A DNA stretch of 64,000 bases from Polyangiaceae bacterium (GTDB taxonomy: Bacteria > Myxococcota_A > Polyangia > Polyangiales > Polyangiaceae). Under the pieces are notes generated by a model, which saw only the letters and a list, made by a program, of their open reading frames with translations, did no database searches and had not been told where the DNA came from. Location: assembly GCA_044376115.1 (NCBI GenBank), contig JBILLK010000014.1:1-64000 (forward strand). Reading direction: 5' to 3'. A program made the translations under genes and the position numbers. Of the stretch, positions 1 to 9,698 are shown piece after piece; position 1 is the first letter of the stretch, and the number at the start of each line of letters is the position of its first letter.

Positions 1-11
1 CGCTCAGCGTG
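1..11 (-). CDS. DUF559 3' exon (partial, runs off the window)
   Basis: CAC GCT GAG CG follows the intron 3' AC and supplies the conserved His of EVDGxYH. Confidence 0.7.
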
Positions 12-1940
12 GTCGCGGTAGGGACGGCCCTTAGCACATTAGGGTCGGGCCGCCCCCCGCACAGATCCGAGCGTGCGCTGCTAACGCACTCGGCTCCTGC
101 CTTGGGTGATGACGCCAAGCCGTTCGAGTGGATAGGGTTGGCAGATGGTGGCTGGCGGAATCCACCTTTCAGTGATGCGGTAGATCCGCGCCCACGACAG
201 GTGTCCGCGTTGACTGCGACGCTGGAGCGATCGGCCCCACAGCCAGCGGACACCTTGACGGAACGCGTCGAGCGCGCGGAAGTTCAGCGGCACTCCGAAG
301 TATCGGATGTGCCCGAGCACTACCGCTCGCACATACGCGCCGGTTACGAAGATCGGGGCGTGACGGCGCAGCCGCAGTTCAAGTTTGACTCGCTGCAGCG
401 TCGCCCTGAACCTCTCTCGCATCGTTCGCCGAAGCACCGTAAACCACCCCTCCATCGTCGTCGCGCAGCTATGCGTGAAGCCGAGAAAGTTGAAGGTTTC
501 CGGTTTCCCCAGGCCGCGCCGCCTCCGGTGTTCGGCCGCATATTTGCCGAACTGGAGGAGCCGCGTCTTGTCGGGGTGCAGGGCCAGGCCGAACTTCGTG
601 AGGCGCTCACGAAGTGCGGCCAGGATCCGCTCTGCATCGTCGCGATGCTGAATTCCCACAACAAAGTCGTCCGCGTAGCGCACGACAATCACGTCGCCTC
701 GTGCTCGCGTCTTTCTCCACTGTTGGATCCAGAGGTCCACCACGTAGTGAAGGTAGATGTTCGCCAGAAGCGGACTAATGCTGCCGCCCTGGATGGTACC
801 CACTTCGCTCCGCGTCACTCTCCCATCCTCGAGCACGCCCGCGACCAGCCATTTCTGGATCAGTCGCACGACGCGCTTGTCGGCCACACGATGCTCGACG
901 AACTTCACCAGCCATTCGTGATTGAGGGTTCCGAAGAAATCACGAAGGTCGGCATCGAGCACCCAGTTCACTTTCCTCTTTACGATGCCTACCCAGAGCG
1001 CGTCCAGCGCGTGGTGCTGACTGCGCCCAGGTCGGAAGCCGTAAGAGAATCCGAGGAAGTCGTGCTCGTAGATGGCGTTGAGCACTTCGACGACGGCGCG
1101 CTGGACGATCTTGTCCTCCAGCGTGGGAACCCCAAGCGGCCTTTGCCGCCCATCCGTCTTCGGTATGTACGCTCTACGAACCGGCTTCGCCCGGAACGCT
1201 CCTCGACGCACCCGTTCGGACAGGTCGCGGAGGTTGTCCTCCAGGCCCAGCCCGTAGTGGAGCCACGTTTCTCCGTCGATGCCCGCCGCCGCGTTTCGCT
1301 TCAGGGCGAAGTACGCTTTGCGCAGGCGCTCAACGTCGTACACGTGATGAAGGAGCGCAGTGAATCGCTGTTTCTTGTCCCTTCTTGCTGCCTGACGTAC
1401 CCGCTCGAGCGCGCTGGGCACACCATCCCGGCGCAGTGTCCGGAGTGTGTTGCGCTCAAGCGAGTTTCCCTTGGCCAGCATCCTTCCCTCCACCGCCTCC
1501 GCGGCCGGTTGCCCGGCGTTGTTCGGCGGTTTCGTCGGTACTACGACGCTGTCCGACTTCCCTCGCCTGTTCATCATCGGCGTACGTCCTCAGACTTCCC
1601 GATGCGTCCTGTGGCGCCCTCAGCCACAGGCAGACGAGGGATCTCCCGGTTCCCGCGCAAGGTGCTTCCGTGCATGCGAGGGGTCTCCGACCGCGCGGGG
1701 TTCCGAAGCGCCTCGCGATTGCGGCGACTCGAATGTTGCCTTCGGCTGGGTACACGGCCTGGGCACCCCGAGGTTGTAGACTTTCTTTCGCGGCTCAATA
1801 CCCTGCCTACACGTTCCTCTGTCAACGCTTCACCTGCGACCTTACGGGCGCCGGCGCATGACTCGAGGCCAGCGTGGTTCGCTACTCCTTCGCTGTCTTG
1901 GACTTTCACCTTTCACACCTTGCCGGTTTCACCGGCGCAC
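12..1940 (-). mobile_element. Group II intron (IIB-like, RT/maturase-encoding), full length, 1929 nt
   Basis: 5' end GTGCG starts at 1940 on the minus strand. Domain V GAGCCGAGTGCGTTAGCAGCGCACGCTCGGATC is at 96-64. The domain VI hairpin ends ...CCCTACCGCGAC at 12. Removing it rejoins the host codons GGG TAT|CAC GCT GAG (G-Y-H-A-E). Confidence 0.93.
81..1577 (-). CDS. ltrA: Group II intron reverse transcriptase/maturase, no C-terminal HNH domain
   Basis: RT motifs RPLGVPTLEDKIVQ, SYGFRPGRS, GTIQGGSISPLLANIYLH, RYADD and FNFLGFTH. The ORF ends inside domain V. True start uncertain. Confidence 0.95.
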   Translation of the reverse strand: MMNRRGKSDSVVVPTKPPNNAGQPAAEAVEGRMLAKGNSLERNTLRTLRRDGVPSALERVRQAARRDKKQRFTALLHHVYDVERLRKAYFALKRNAAAGIDGETWLHYGLGLEDNLRDLSERVRRGAFRAKPVRRAYIPKTDGRQRPLGVPTLEDKIVQRAVVEVLNAIYEHDFLGFSYGFRPGRSQHHALDALWVGIVKRKVNWVLDADLRDFFGTLNHEWLVKFVEHRVADKRVVRLIQKWLVAGVLEDGRVTRSEVGTIQGGSISPLLANIYLHYVVDLWIQQWRKTRARGDVIVVRYADDFVVGIQHRDDAERILAALRERLTKFGLALHPDKTRLLQFGKYAAEHRRRRGLGKPETFNFLGFTHSCATTMEGWFTVLRRTMRERFRATLQRVKLELRLRRHAPIFVTGAYVRAVVLGHIRYFGVPLNFRALDAFRQGVRWLWGRSLQRRSQRGHLSWARIYRITERWIPPATICQPYPLERLGVITQGRSRVR

Positions 1941-2162
1941 ATACCCGCCGTCCACCTCCACGACGAGCTTGCAAGACGGCGCAACAAAGTCAGCGATGTA
2001 CCGCCCCAGCGGCACCTGACGACGGAACCCAACACCCAGCCGCGACCCCTTCAAAGACTCCCAAAGCCGCGCCTCCGAAAGCGTGAGCGACCGGCGGTTC
2101 ACAGCCGCACGGGCCAGATTGGTTGCAGACGGTGCAGAACAAGGACGAGGAAACGAACGCAT
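1941..2162 (-). CDS. DUF559 (Vsr-like PD-(D/E)XK) endonuclease, 5' exon, interrupted by the intron
   Basis: T(L)SEARLWESLK...FRRQVPLGRYIADF...KLVVEVDGGY is typical of DUF559. SD AGGAG lies upstream of the ATG at 2162. Confidence 0.85.
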
Positions 2163-2167
2163 AAACC

Positions 2168-2344
2168 ACTCCTGAGCCCAACCAAGGAGAAGGGCTTCTC
2201 CCCATCAAGCGCAGGTCTCCGTGACGGACTTGGGACCGTCACATGCGATAACGTCCTAATTCCGCTAACCACCTATCGACCCCAAGCCCGGCGCGGAACG
2301 TGCGCGTCAGGGAGATGCCCTTCTCCTTGGTTGAGCGAAGGAGT
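2168..2344. repeat. Long inverted repeat in the DUF559 leader, enclosing an internal hairpin
   Basis: 2179-2202 and 2310-2333 are complementary at 23 of 24 positions. ACTCCT(2168-73)/AGGAGT(2339-44) extends the stem. Inner hairpin GTGACGG/CCGTCAC at 2221-2242. Confidence 0.85.
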
Positions 2345-2535
2345 TAGCCCTTCGTCAGTGCATGCCCTGCAAGCTGGCCCCAGCTCGCTGCCTCTCCGTC
2401 TTCTTCTGCGTGCCCGCAGCCCCACGCCTGCAAGAAGCCACAAGCCGCTCCCGTACTACCCAGTAGCCACTGTCTCCAAGCGAGCCCAGACAGTGTGATA
2501 AAACCTCCACACTTCCGTCCGCCTCCCCCAAGCCG

Positions 2536-2636
2536 GCTCCCCCATCCGCGCGCAGCGCAACGCAGTGGAGCGAGCACGGATTTGGGGGAGCAGTGCGCGC
2601 AGCGCAGCTCCGCTGCGCGAGCACACCGAGGGGGCC
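2536..2636. repeat. REP-like GC-rich palindromic element with two 30-nt direct units
   Basis: CTCCCCCCATCCG...CGGATTTGGGGGAG stem. Units GCGCGCAGCGCA-N10-GCGAGCAC at 2548-2577 and 2595-2624. Confidence 0.6.
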
Positions 2637-2672
2637 ACCCATGGTAGGCTGCGCGCGAGGATCGGCAGCACG

Positions 2673-5600
2673 ATGGCTATCAACAAACGTTCAGTTTGGA
2701 TCACCTCCACCTTCATTCTCGTGGGAGCGCTGGGGGTATCGCAGGACACGGCCAGCGTTTTCGCCCAGGGCGCGTCCAAGCCGGGTCCGGACGCGCTCAA
2801 GCGCCGTGCACCGCTGCTGCCGATTCCGAAGCCGCAACTGCCGAAGCCGCCGGTCTTACCGGCCAAGCCGGGCAAGCCGCCGACAGCCTTGGCGGTTTCA
2901 GAGCCCCTCGTTCAACCGAGGACCTCCGGCCTCGATCGCTGGGTCGAGTCGACGCCCGACGCGCTGCTCTCCGCAGCGGTCCGGCGTGTAGAGGCCAACG
3001 CCGATGACGCGGTGGCCGGCCTGCTGCTCGCCGCTTCGATGCAAGAATTCGCCAGCCCCGGGGAGACGCTCAAGGCGCTGAACGCGATCGCGCGCGGTAA
3101 GACCAGCGCGGCGGTAGACGCAGCTGGCCTCGTCGCTGCGCTGACCCCGGCGCCCTTCGGCAAAACGTGGACGGGCTGGGCCAACGCCCCGCTCGACGTG
3201 GCCGATGATCCGAACGGCTTCGTGCGCGCGGTGACGGTGTTCGGTCCCTTCGGGGATACCGGAGGTGGGCTGCCGTTGCATGAGGGCCCCGAGCAGGAAG
3301 GCGGCTCTTTTGCGGACGCCGCGGCCGACTATTCGTGGGGCGATTTCGAGGTCAAGCCGCGTCGCGTGGTAACCGATTGGGTGACCGGCGCGGGCGTCCC
3401 GCTCGATCTCTACATCTCACCGCGCCAAGAGAGCTGCACCTACGTCGCTTCGCGCGTGAGCTTCCCGGGCAACCCTGGTGAGGTCGTGCTGCGGGTCGCT
3501 TCCACCGGCTCCGCGCGCGTGATTTGGGACGGCGTCACGCTGGTCTCGGATGAGCACGTCAACGCGCGCGCCATGCTCGACCGCTTCGCGATCTCGATCG
3601 AGCCGCAGGCCGGCGACCACCTGCTAGCCGTCAAGACCTGCAGCACCGCCCTCGCGGATGAGGGCCGCGTGCGCATGCGCTTCACCGACGCGAGCGGCGC
3701 GCCGCTCAAGGTCGCCGCCTCCAGCGATTTGTCGCGTTTGCCGAAGGACCGCGCGAGCGGCATCGCAGCAGCGACCAAAGCCGATGAAGCCGCCAAGCCA
3801 GCGAAAGACAAAGCCAAGCCCGTTTTGTCCATCGCCCCCAAGAAGCCGGGCGGAGGCGCGAGCCAGCCTGCGCCGCCGCCGGTCATTCCGCGCAAACCGG
3901 TGACCAGCGGGCCGCCCAAGTTCGGCGTGCAAAAGACGCTGCTCAACCGCGCGCTCGACAATGAATCGATCTCCAACGAGCACGCCATCACCGCCGCCAT
4001 CGTGCGTTCGTACGGCGGCGCCGATGACACCCGTTCGCCCAAGGTGACCGGCCTTTTGGATCGCATCACGAAAGATCCTTCGGTCTCTGACAACCAACTT
4101 GCGCTGGCCGGTTGGCTCTCCAACTTCGGCGCCAACAAGAGCGCGTGGTTGAACATGGCGATGGAGCGCGCCGCGGCGAAGTCCGACACCTCCACCGTCT
4201 CCTTCGCCCAACGTCGGCTCGCCGAGGCTTTGCTCGCTGGTGGCGCGCAAGACTCAGCGATGCGCGTGCTCGAGCGTGAACCGCTGAGCAAAGAGAACGA
4301 CGTCTCGGCGCAGGTGCTGCGCGCCTCGCTGATCGGGCGCACGCGCTCCACGCTCGACGCCTATCAGGCGCTCGCCAACCTGGATCTGGAGATGAAGCAG
4401 CGCATCCCGATCGTCGCGCTGCGCGAGCTGGCCGGCGTGGCGAACTCCAACCCCGAAGCGCGCACGGCCTACCTGCGTCGGCTGGCGCAAGTGAGCGTCT
4501 CGGCGCGTGGGGACGCCTTGGTATGGGCTGCATCCTTGGACGGCAACCTCGCGTACGAGCGCGCCGTTTCGCAGGTGATTCCGTATTTGGCCAATCCGCG
4601 TCCGCTGGTCGGCTGGGCCGCTACGCTCGAGCGCCGCGGTCGGGCTCCCTGGGCGCGTGAAGCGGCCTTCGTCGCCACTCGCATCGCGCCCAACCTGCCG
4701 GAGACCTGGGAGGCGCTGGCCTCCGCACGCGAGGCGGTCATGCTCGAGGAGCAGGCCAATAGCAAGCCCGCCACCGACGACGCGCGCTTCGCGGCGCGTG
4801 CTCGCGAACGCGCCTTGGCCTTGCGCCGCGGCGACGCCGGCAAAAAAGCCGAGATCGCCTTCCGCGATGGCGTCTTCGACGGCAAGACCAGCACCGTGAA
4901 AGAGAAGGGCGCCGATGAAGCCTACTTGGTCGAGCCCAGCGTGATCGTCGAGCGCGCGCGCAAGTCCCCGGCCAAAGTTGGAGAGGCCTTCGAGCGTCAC
5001 GTCCACTACCAACGCATCGTCACCTACAACGACGATCAACGCGTCTCCCAGCTGGTCCACCAAGCGCGTGAGATCGTGGTCGAGCCGCGGACGCAGCAGG
5101 ATTTGTACGAGAGCCGCATCCAGGCCGAAGGGGACGAGGTCGAGCTTTTGTTCGCGCGGGTGCATCGCAAAGACGGCACCGTCGCCCAGCCGGAGGAGCA
5201 AAGCTCGGTGGGCGCTTACATCAAATGGCCGCAGCTGCGCACCGGGGACATCGTCGAATACGCCGTGCGCTCATGGATCAGCCAGCCGGTCGGTCGCCGC
5301 GGTGATCCGCCGTTCTATTTCATCGACTACGTCGGTTCTACCTCCACTCGACCGGTGCTCTTCAACGAGGTGGTGGTGATCTCGCCGGAGGGCGCGCAGC
5401 TCGGTGTGGACGTGATCAACGGCAAGGCCGATCGCACGAGCGACCGCATCGAAAAGGGCAAGCGCGTGATCGTCCAGACCTGGGACAACCCGCCCATCAT
5501 CGCCGAAGAGCCGATGTCCCCCGCCCCAACCGAGAACCTTCCGATCGTGATCGGCTCCACCTTCCGTTCCTGGGAGGACTTCCGCAGCTGGTACCGCGGC

Positions 5601-6830
5601 GCAATCGAGGGCTTCACCGAGCCCGACGAGCAGGTCAAACGGCTCGCCGCCGAGCTGACGAAGGGCAAGAAGAGCGAGAAAGAGAAGCTCGAGGCGCTCT
5701 TCAACTACGTGGCCGACGACATTCGCTACGTGAACTACGTGAGCGCCGAAGATTGGCTGCCCAACCGCCCGCAGGTCTGTCTCTCGCTCAAGAAGGGTGA
5801 CTGCGATGACAAAGCCATCTTGCTGATCTCGCTGCTGCGCGCCGTCGGCATCACCGCCACGCCGGTGCTGGTGCAGACGCGGATGACCGGCATGCCCAGC
5901 GTTTTGGCCGGCAAAACGGCTGCCGCGCCCTTGTTCGATCACGGCATCGCCTTCTTGCCGGGCAAGGCCGGCAGCGCTGGCACCTGGCTCGACGCGACCA
6001 GCCCGGAGAGCCGACTCGGGCCGCTGCCCTCGATGGATGCGCGCGCCAAAGCGCTGTTCATCTACGAGGGCGACGCCAAGATCATTGATACGCCGCCGGG
6101 CAACCTCAACGACAACGGCGTCACGCTCAACTGGGAGGTCAACGTCGATGCGCAAGGCGGTGCCACCATCAAAGGCAGCGAGAACCACCTCGGTGATTGG
6201 GCCTTCGAGCTGCGTCGCAACCTCAAAGAAGAGGGCGCCCGCGCACAATACGTCGAGAGCTATCTGAGCCGTTGGCTGCCCACCTTGGACCTATCCCCCG
6301 GCATCACCTACTCCCCCGACACCGGCAAGCTCGGCTACTCGGTCAAGACCGAAGACTTTGCACGCAACGAGGGCGACGAGTGGTCGATTCAGACGCTCGG
6401 TAGCTACAGCTTCATGGCCAACTACGCGTCGCTCTCGACGCGCACGTTGCCCGTCGTGCTCCCGCCTTATCTCGCGCCCGGCCATCAACGTCGTTCGCTC
6501 ACCATCAACCTGCCGGCGGGCTTCACCTGGAAGAGCCTGCCGCCCGGCGGGGAAGCCAAAGGCGGCCCCTTTGGTACCGCCAAAGTCAACTTCAAGCCCG
6601 GCCGCGGCCCGCGCTCGATCACGATCGAGACCGAGGTCATCTTCGACAAGTCGACCATCCCGGTCAGTGACTATCCGGCCTTCCGCAAGTGGCTCGAGAG
6701 CGTCGACGCGCTGATCCGACAATCGGCGCGCTTCGTTGCAGAGCCCTCCGCGAACAAGCCGGCTGCGGGCAAACCCGCCGCAGCCGCGGCCAAGCCTGCG
6801 CCCGGCCCCAAGCCGGCCGCGACCAAGTGA
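2673..6830 (+). CDS. Large secreted DUF3857/transglutaminase-like domain protein with TPR-like helical region
   Basis: Signal peptide from Met at 2673. Motifs VADDIRYV, KKGDCDDKAILL, FDHGIAF and WLDAT give a Cys-His-Asp triad. C-terminal YPAFRKWL segment. Confidence 0.8.
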   Translation: MAINKRSVWITSTFILVGALGVSQDTASVFAQGASKPGPDALKRRAPLLPIPKPQLPKPPVLPAKPGKPPTALAVSEPLVQPRTSGLDRWVESTPDALLSAAVRRVEANADDAVAGLLLAASMQEFASPGETLKALNAIARGKTSAAVDAAGLVAALTPAPFGKTWTGWANAPLDVADDPNGFVRAVTVFGPFGDTGGGLPLHEGPEQEGGSFADAAADYSWGDFEVKPRRVVTDWVTGAGVPLDLYISPRQESCTYVASRVSFPGNPGEVVLRVASTGSARVIWDGVTLVSDEHVNARAMLDRFAISIEPQAGDHLLAVKTCSTALADEGRVRMRFTDASGAPLKVAASSDLSRLPKDRASGIAAATKADEAAKPAKDKAKPVLSIAPKKPGGGASQPAPPPVIPRKPVTSGPPKFGVQKTLLNRALDNESISNEHAITAAIVRSYGGADDTRSPKVTGLLDRITKDPSVSDNQLALAGWLSNFGANKSAWLNMAMERAAAKSDTSTVSFAQRRLAEALLAGGAQDSAMRVLEREPLSKENDVSAQVLRASLIGRTRSTLDAYQALANLDLEMKQRIPIVALRELAGVANSNPEARTAYLRRLAQVSVSARGDALVWAASLDGNLAYERAVSQVIPYLANPRPLVGWAATLERRGRAPWAREAAFVATRIAPNLPETWEALASAREAVMLEEQANSKPATDDARFAARARERALALRRGDAGKKAEIAFRDGVFDGKTSTVKEKGADEAYLVEPSVIVERARKSPAKVGEAFERHVHYQRIVTYNDDQRVSQLVHQAREIVVEPRTQQDLYESRIQAEGDEVELLFARVHRKDGTVAQPEEQSSVGAYIKWPQLRTGDIVEYAVRSWISQPVGRRGDPPFYFIDYVGSTSTRPVLFNEVVVISPEGAQLGVDVINGKADRTSDRIEKGKRVIVQTWDNPPIIAEEPMSPAPTENLPIVIGSTFRSWEDFRSWYRGAIEGFTEPDEQVKRLAAELTKGKKSEKEKLEALFNYVADDIRYVNYVSAEDWLPNRPQVCLSLKKGDCDDKAILLISLLRAVGITATPVLVQTRMTGMPSVLAGKTAAAPLFDHGIAFLPGKAGSAGTWLDATSPESRLGPLPSMDARAKALFIYEGDAKIIDTPPGNLNDNGVTLNWEVNVDAQGGATIKGSENHLGDWAFELRRNLKEEGARAQYVESYLSRWLPTLDLSPGITYSPDTGKLGYSVKTEDFARNEGDEWSIQTLGSYSFMANYASLSTRTLPVVLPPYLAPGHQRRSLTINLPAGFTWKSLPPGGEAKGGPFGTAKVNFKPGRGPRSITIETEVIFDKSTIPVSDYPAFRKWLESVDALIRQSARFVAEPSANKPAAGKPAAAAAKPAPGPKPAATK

Positions 6831-7912
6831 AGCCAACCCAACGACTCGCAGCGGCTGTCGCGGCCCTCGCGCTGCACGGCTGCGTCTCGTTCGATTACGT
6901 ACTGCAGGCCGCCGAGGGCCAGCTCGATCTCGCGTGTCGCGCCCAATCGATCGACGCGGCGATCGAGAACGACGAGCTCGATCAACGCACGCGTGAACTC
7001 TTGCGCGACGTGAAGAAGGTCAAAGCCTTCGCCACCGAGAGCGGGCTCACGCCGACCTCCAGCTACGAGACCTTCGTCAACCTCGACCGGCCCGCCGTGG
7101 TGTGGGTCGTCAGCGCGGCGCCACCGCTCTCGCTCGAGCCGGAGCGTTGGTGGTTCCCGGTCGCCGGCAGCGTGCCGTACCTCGGCTGGTTCGATAAAAA
7201 CCTCGCGGTGCAACAGGCGCGCTGGCTGCAGGAGGACGGTCTCGACGTCGATATTCGTGGCGCCGCCGCCTACTCCACGCTCGGCTGGTTCAACGATCCG
7301 GTGCTCTCGACCATGATCGAAAACGCGCCCGACGCGCTGGCCGAACTCGCCAACACCATCCTTCACGAGTCGGTCCACGCCACCGTCTACATCCCCGGCC
7401 AATCCTCCTTCAACGAGGGCCTGGCGACCTACCTCGGGGACCAGCTCACCATCCGCTATTTGGATCTGCGCTTCGGCCAGAACTCAGCGGAGCTCGCCGA
7501 ATGGCTCGAGGGTGAAGCGCGCGGGCGCGAGGTGCACCTGCGTTTTCATCAGGCCTACAAACAGCTCGAGGCACTCTACAAAAGCAAAAAGCCGCGCAGC
7601 GAGAAGCTCGCCGAGAAGCAGAAGATCCTCGCCGAGACGCGCGCTGATGTCGGCTTTCGCCGGCCGATCACCAACGCAACGCTGGCCAATTTCTCCACCT
7701 ACCACAGCTCGCGGGAAGACTTCGGACGGCTGTATGAGGCCTGCGGCAAGGACCTTCGCCGCGTGATCAAGGTCGCTGAGTCGGTGAAGGCCAGTGATTT
7801 TGAGCAGCCCAACGCCGAGGAGCTCAGTTCAACGATTGAAGCGTTGCTACCGCGTTGCGCTCAAACAGCTGCCCCCGCGCGCCCTGCCGCGGAGGCCCCT
7901 GTCGCTCACTGA
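6827..7912 (+). CDS. Putative zinc aminopeptidase lipoprotein (DUF2265-like)
   Basis: GTG overlaps the upstream TGA. Lipobox LHGC, WWFPVAGSVPYLGWF, AYSTLGWFNDP, HESVH (HEXXH) and FNEGLA. Confidence 0.85.
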   Translation: MKPTQRLAAAVAALALHGCVSFDYVLQAAEGQLDLACRAQSIDAAIENDELDQRTRELLRDVKKVKAFATESGLTPTSSYETFVNLDRPAVVWVVSAAPPLSLEPERWWFPVAGSVPYLGWFDKNLAVQQARWLQEDGLDVDIRGAAAYSTLGWFNDPVLSTMIENAPDALAELANTILHESVHATVYIPGQSSFNEGLATYLGDQLTIRYLDLRFGQNSAELAEWLEGEARGREVHLRFHQAYKQLEALYKSKKPRSEKLAEKQKILAETRADVGFRRPITNATLANFSTYHSSREDFGRLYEACGKDLRRVIKVAESVKASDFEQPNAEELSSTIEALLPRCAQTAAPARPAAEAPVAH

Positions 7913-8619
7913 AAGCCGGTCACGCGTAGCGCAGCACCGGTGACGGCGCGCGCATCGTCGGAGAGCAGAAAGCCGATCGCGTCGGCTACGGCCAGCGTAT
8001 CGATCGCGAGCTCGGCGAACTCGGGCGACATCCAGCTGCGGTTCTCCTTGGTGTCCATCGTCCCCGGCAGCACCGCATTGACGCGAACGCGGTGCGGCTT
8101 GAGCTCTTCGGCCAGGCCCTCCGTAAGCCGCAAAAGGGCGCTCTTCGACGCCGAATACGCGACCTGGTTCTTCTCGCCGGAGAGCGCCGCGAGGCTCGCC
8201 ACATGCACGATCGCGCCGGCCCGCTGAGCGACCAGCCGAGGCACCACCGCGCGCGTCACGTGCAGCGCCGCTGCGACGTTGATGCGCCACATCGCCTCCC
8301 AATCACTCCAACTCGAATCGAGCACGCTGACGCCGCCCTTGTAGCCGCCCACCGTCGCCACCAGGCCGTCCACCCCGTCGAGCGAATCGAGCAAGGCGTT
8401 CACGTCCTTGTCCACCGCGTTGGCGTCGGTCAGGTCCACGCGCGCGGTGAGCAAGCGCCCGTCCTCGATCGCGTCTGCAAAGGCCGCGCGTGGACGCGAA
8501 TCATCGCGGTCCAAGACCACGAGCTTCGCCCCGCGCGCCAAGAGCGCATGCACGGTAGAGTGGCCCAAATTCCCCGAGCCCCCCGTCACTACGAACCTCT
8601 TCCCACGCAACGTGCTCAT
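7906..8619 (-). CDS. SDR family oxidoreductase
   Basis: TGGSGNLG, YSASK and VRVNAVLPG. Confidence 0.9.
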   Translation of the reverse strand: MSTLRGKRFVVTGGSGNLGHSTVHALLARGAKLVVLDRDDSRPRAAFADAIEDGRLLTARVDLTDANAVDKDVNALLDSLDGVDGLVATVGGYKGGVSVLDSSWSDWEAMWRINVAAALHVTRAVVPRLVAQRAGAIVHVASLAALSGEKNQVAYSASKSALLRLTEGLAEELKPHRVRVNAVLPGTMDTKENRSWMSPEFAELAIDTLAVADAIGFLLSDDARAVTGAALRVTGFQ

Positions 8620-8672
8620 CGTGTTCCTCGCCCTGCTTGCAGCCCTTCGCCGTTCATCTCTATCCTCCTATC

Positions 8673-9638
8673 ATGCCCGCCCGCCTGAAGATGCTGTGCT
8701 GCTTGCTCCTTTCGGGCTGCACCCTGCTCTCGCTGGAGGATCTGCAATCGGGCAGCGAGCCCTCGGTCAACGGGGGTGGCAACGTCGGCGGCAACGGGGG
8801 CAACGGCGCAGAGTCGAGCAACGGCGGAGCCACGAACAACAGCGGCGGTAACACTGGCGGCGGCGGCCAAGACCCAGCCACGCTCTACGCCAACTGCATC
8901 GAGGCGGATCAGCCCGCCGTTTACTTCAAGCTCGACGCTAGCGAAACCAGCGAGCCCAACCTCGGTTCGTTCGTGGGCGACGGCAGCTACAAAGGCGAGA
9001 GCGTGCTCAGCCCCGGCCTTGTGTTCGGCACCATGGATCGACCCGTCGCCCACAAGTTTATCAACGATGGCGTACTCGAGTTCGCTACCGCCGAGTTCCT
9101 CGGCGGCTACCAGCCGATCACCATCGAGCTTTGGGTCCAGCCGGGAACGCTTGGAGATGGGGAGGACGTGAGCGTCGTGGAGGAAGGCTCCCTCGCGAGC
9201 AAGATCAAGCTGTTCCGCAAGATAAACCCGAACGACCGCACGGCCGAGGATCAAGTCTCGGTGCACTTAGCAACCCAGACGGGCGAGAGAACGGCCTACC
9301 TCAACAGCGGCAACACTGACTTCTTCAGCGACGACCCCGCTCCCGTCTTCCACATCGTGGCCGTCTATCACCAGGAGGCGAGCACCATCTTTGACGGCAG
9401 CGGCGCAGCGAACGACATCGAGATCTGGGTCAACGGCGTGGCCTCCACCACACCGGCCAACGGCACAAAGGAGCCCATGCTCGCCCTCACGACGCTGCTC
9501 ATCGGCGGCGATCTAGGTGACTCCGCCAGCGCCCCTGGGCGCGTGATCGACGAGTTCGCGGTCTACACGCAAGCGCTCTCGCCCGAACGCATTGCGGCCC
9601 ATTTCCACGCTGGCCTGACCGGGATTTGCAGCCCCTGA
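8673..9638 (+). CDS. LamG/concanavalin-like lipoprotein
   Basis: Lipobox LSGC, Gly/Asn linker, PAVYFKLD, TIELWVQP and IDEFAVYTQALSPERIAAHF. Confidence 0.75.
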   Translation: MPARLKMLCCLLLSGCTLLSLEDLQSGSEPSVNGGGNVGGNGGNGAESSNGGATNNSGGNTGGGGQDPATLYANCIEADQPAVYFKLDASETSEPNLGSFVGDGSYKGESVLSPGLVFGTMDRPVAHKFINDGVLEFATAEFLGGYQPITIELWVQPGTLGDGEDVSVVEEGSLASKIKLFRKINPNDRTAEDQVSVHLATQTGERTAYLNSGNTDFFSDDPAPVFHIVAVYHQEASTIFDGSGAANDIEIWVNGVASTTPANGTKEPMLALTTLLIGGDLGDSASAPGRVIDEFAVYTQALSPERIAAHFHAGLTGICSP

Positions 9639-9698
9639 GTCGTTACGACCCTGCTAGCGGCAATCCATCGGCGTTGAAGTTCTGGTAGGGTCCCGGCC

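Noticed and set aside
1574..1909. 111-aa minus-strand ORF upstream of the RT
   Set aside because: It lies within the structured 5' domains of the intron ribozyme, including the EBS sites, so it is RNA structure rather than a protein gene.
9..2498. 829-aa plus-strand ORF
   Set aside because: Antisense shadow of the intron RT and DUF559 gene. It has no recognisable motifs, and long antisense frames are common in GC-rich RT genes.
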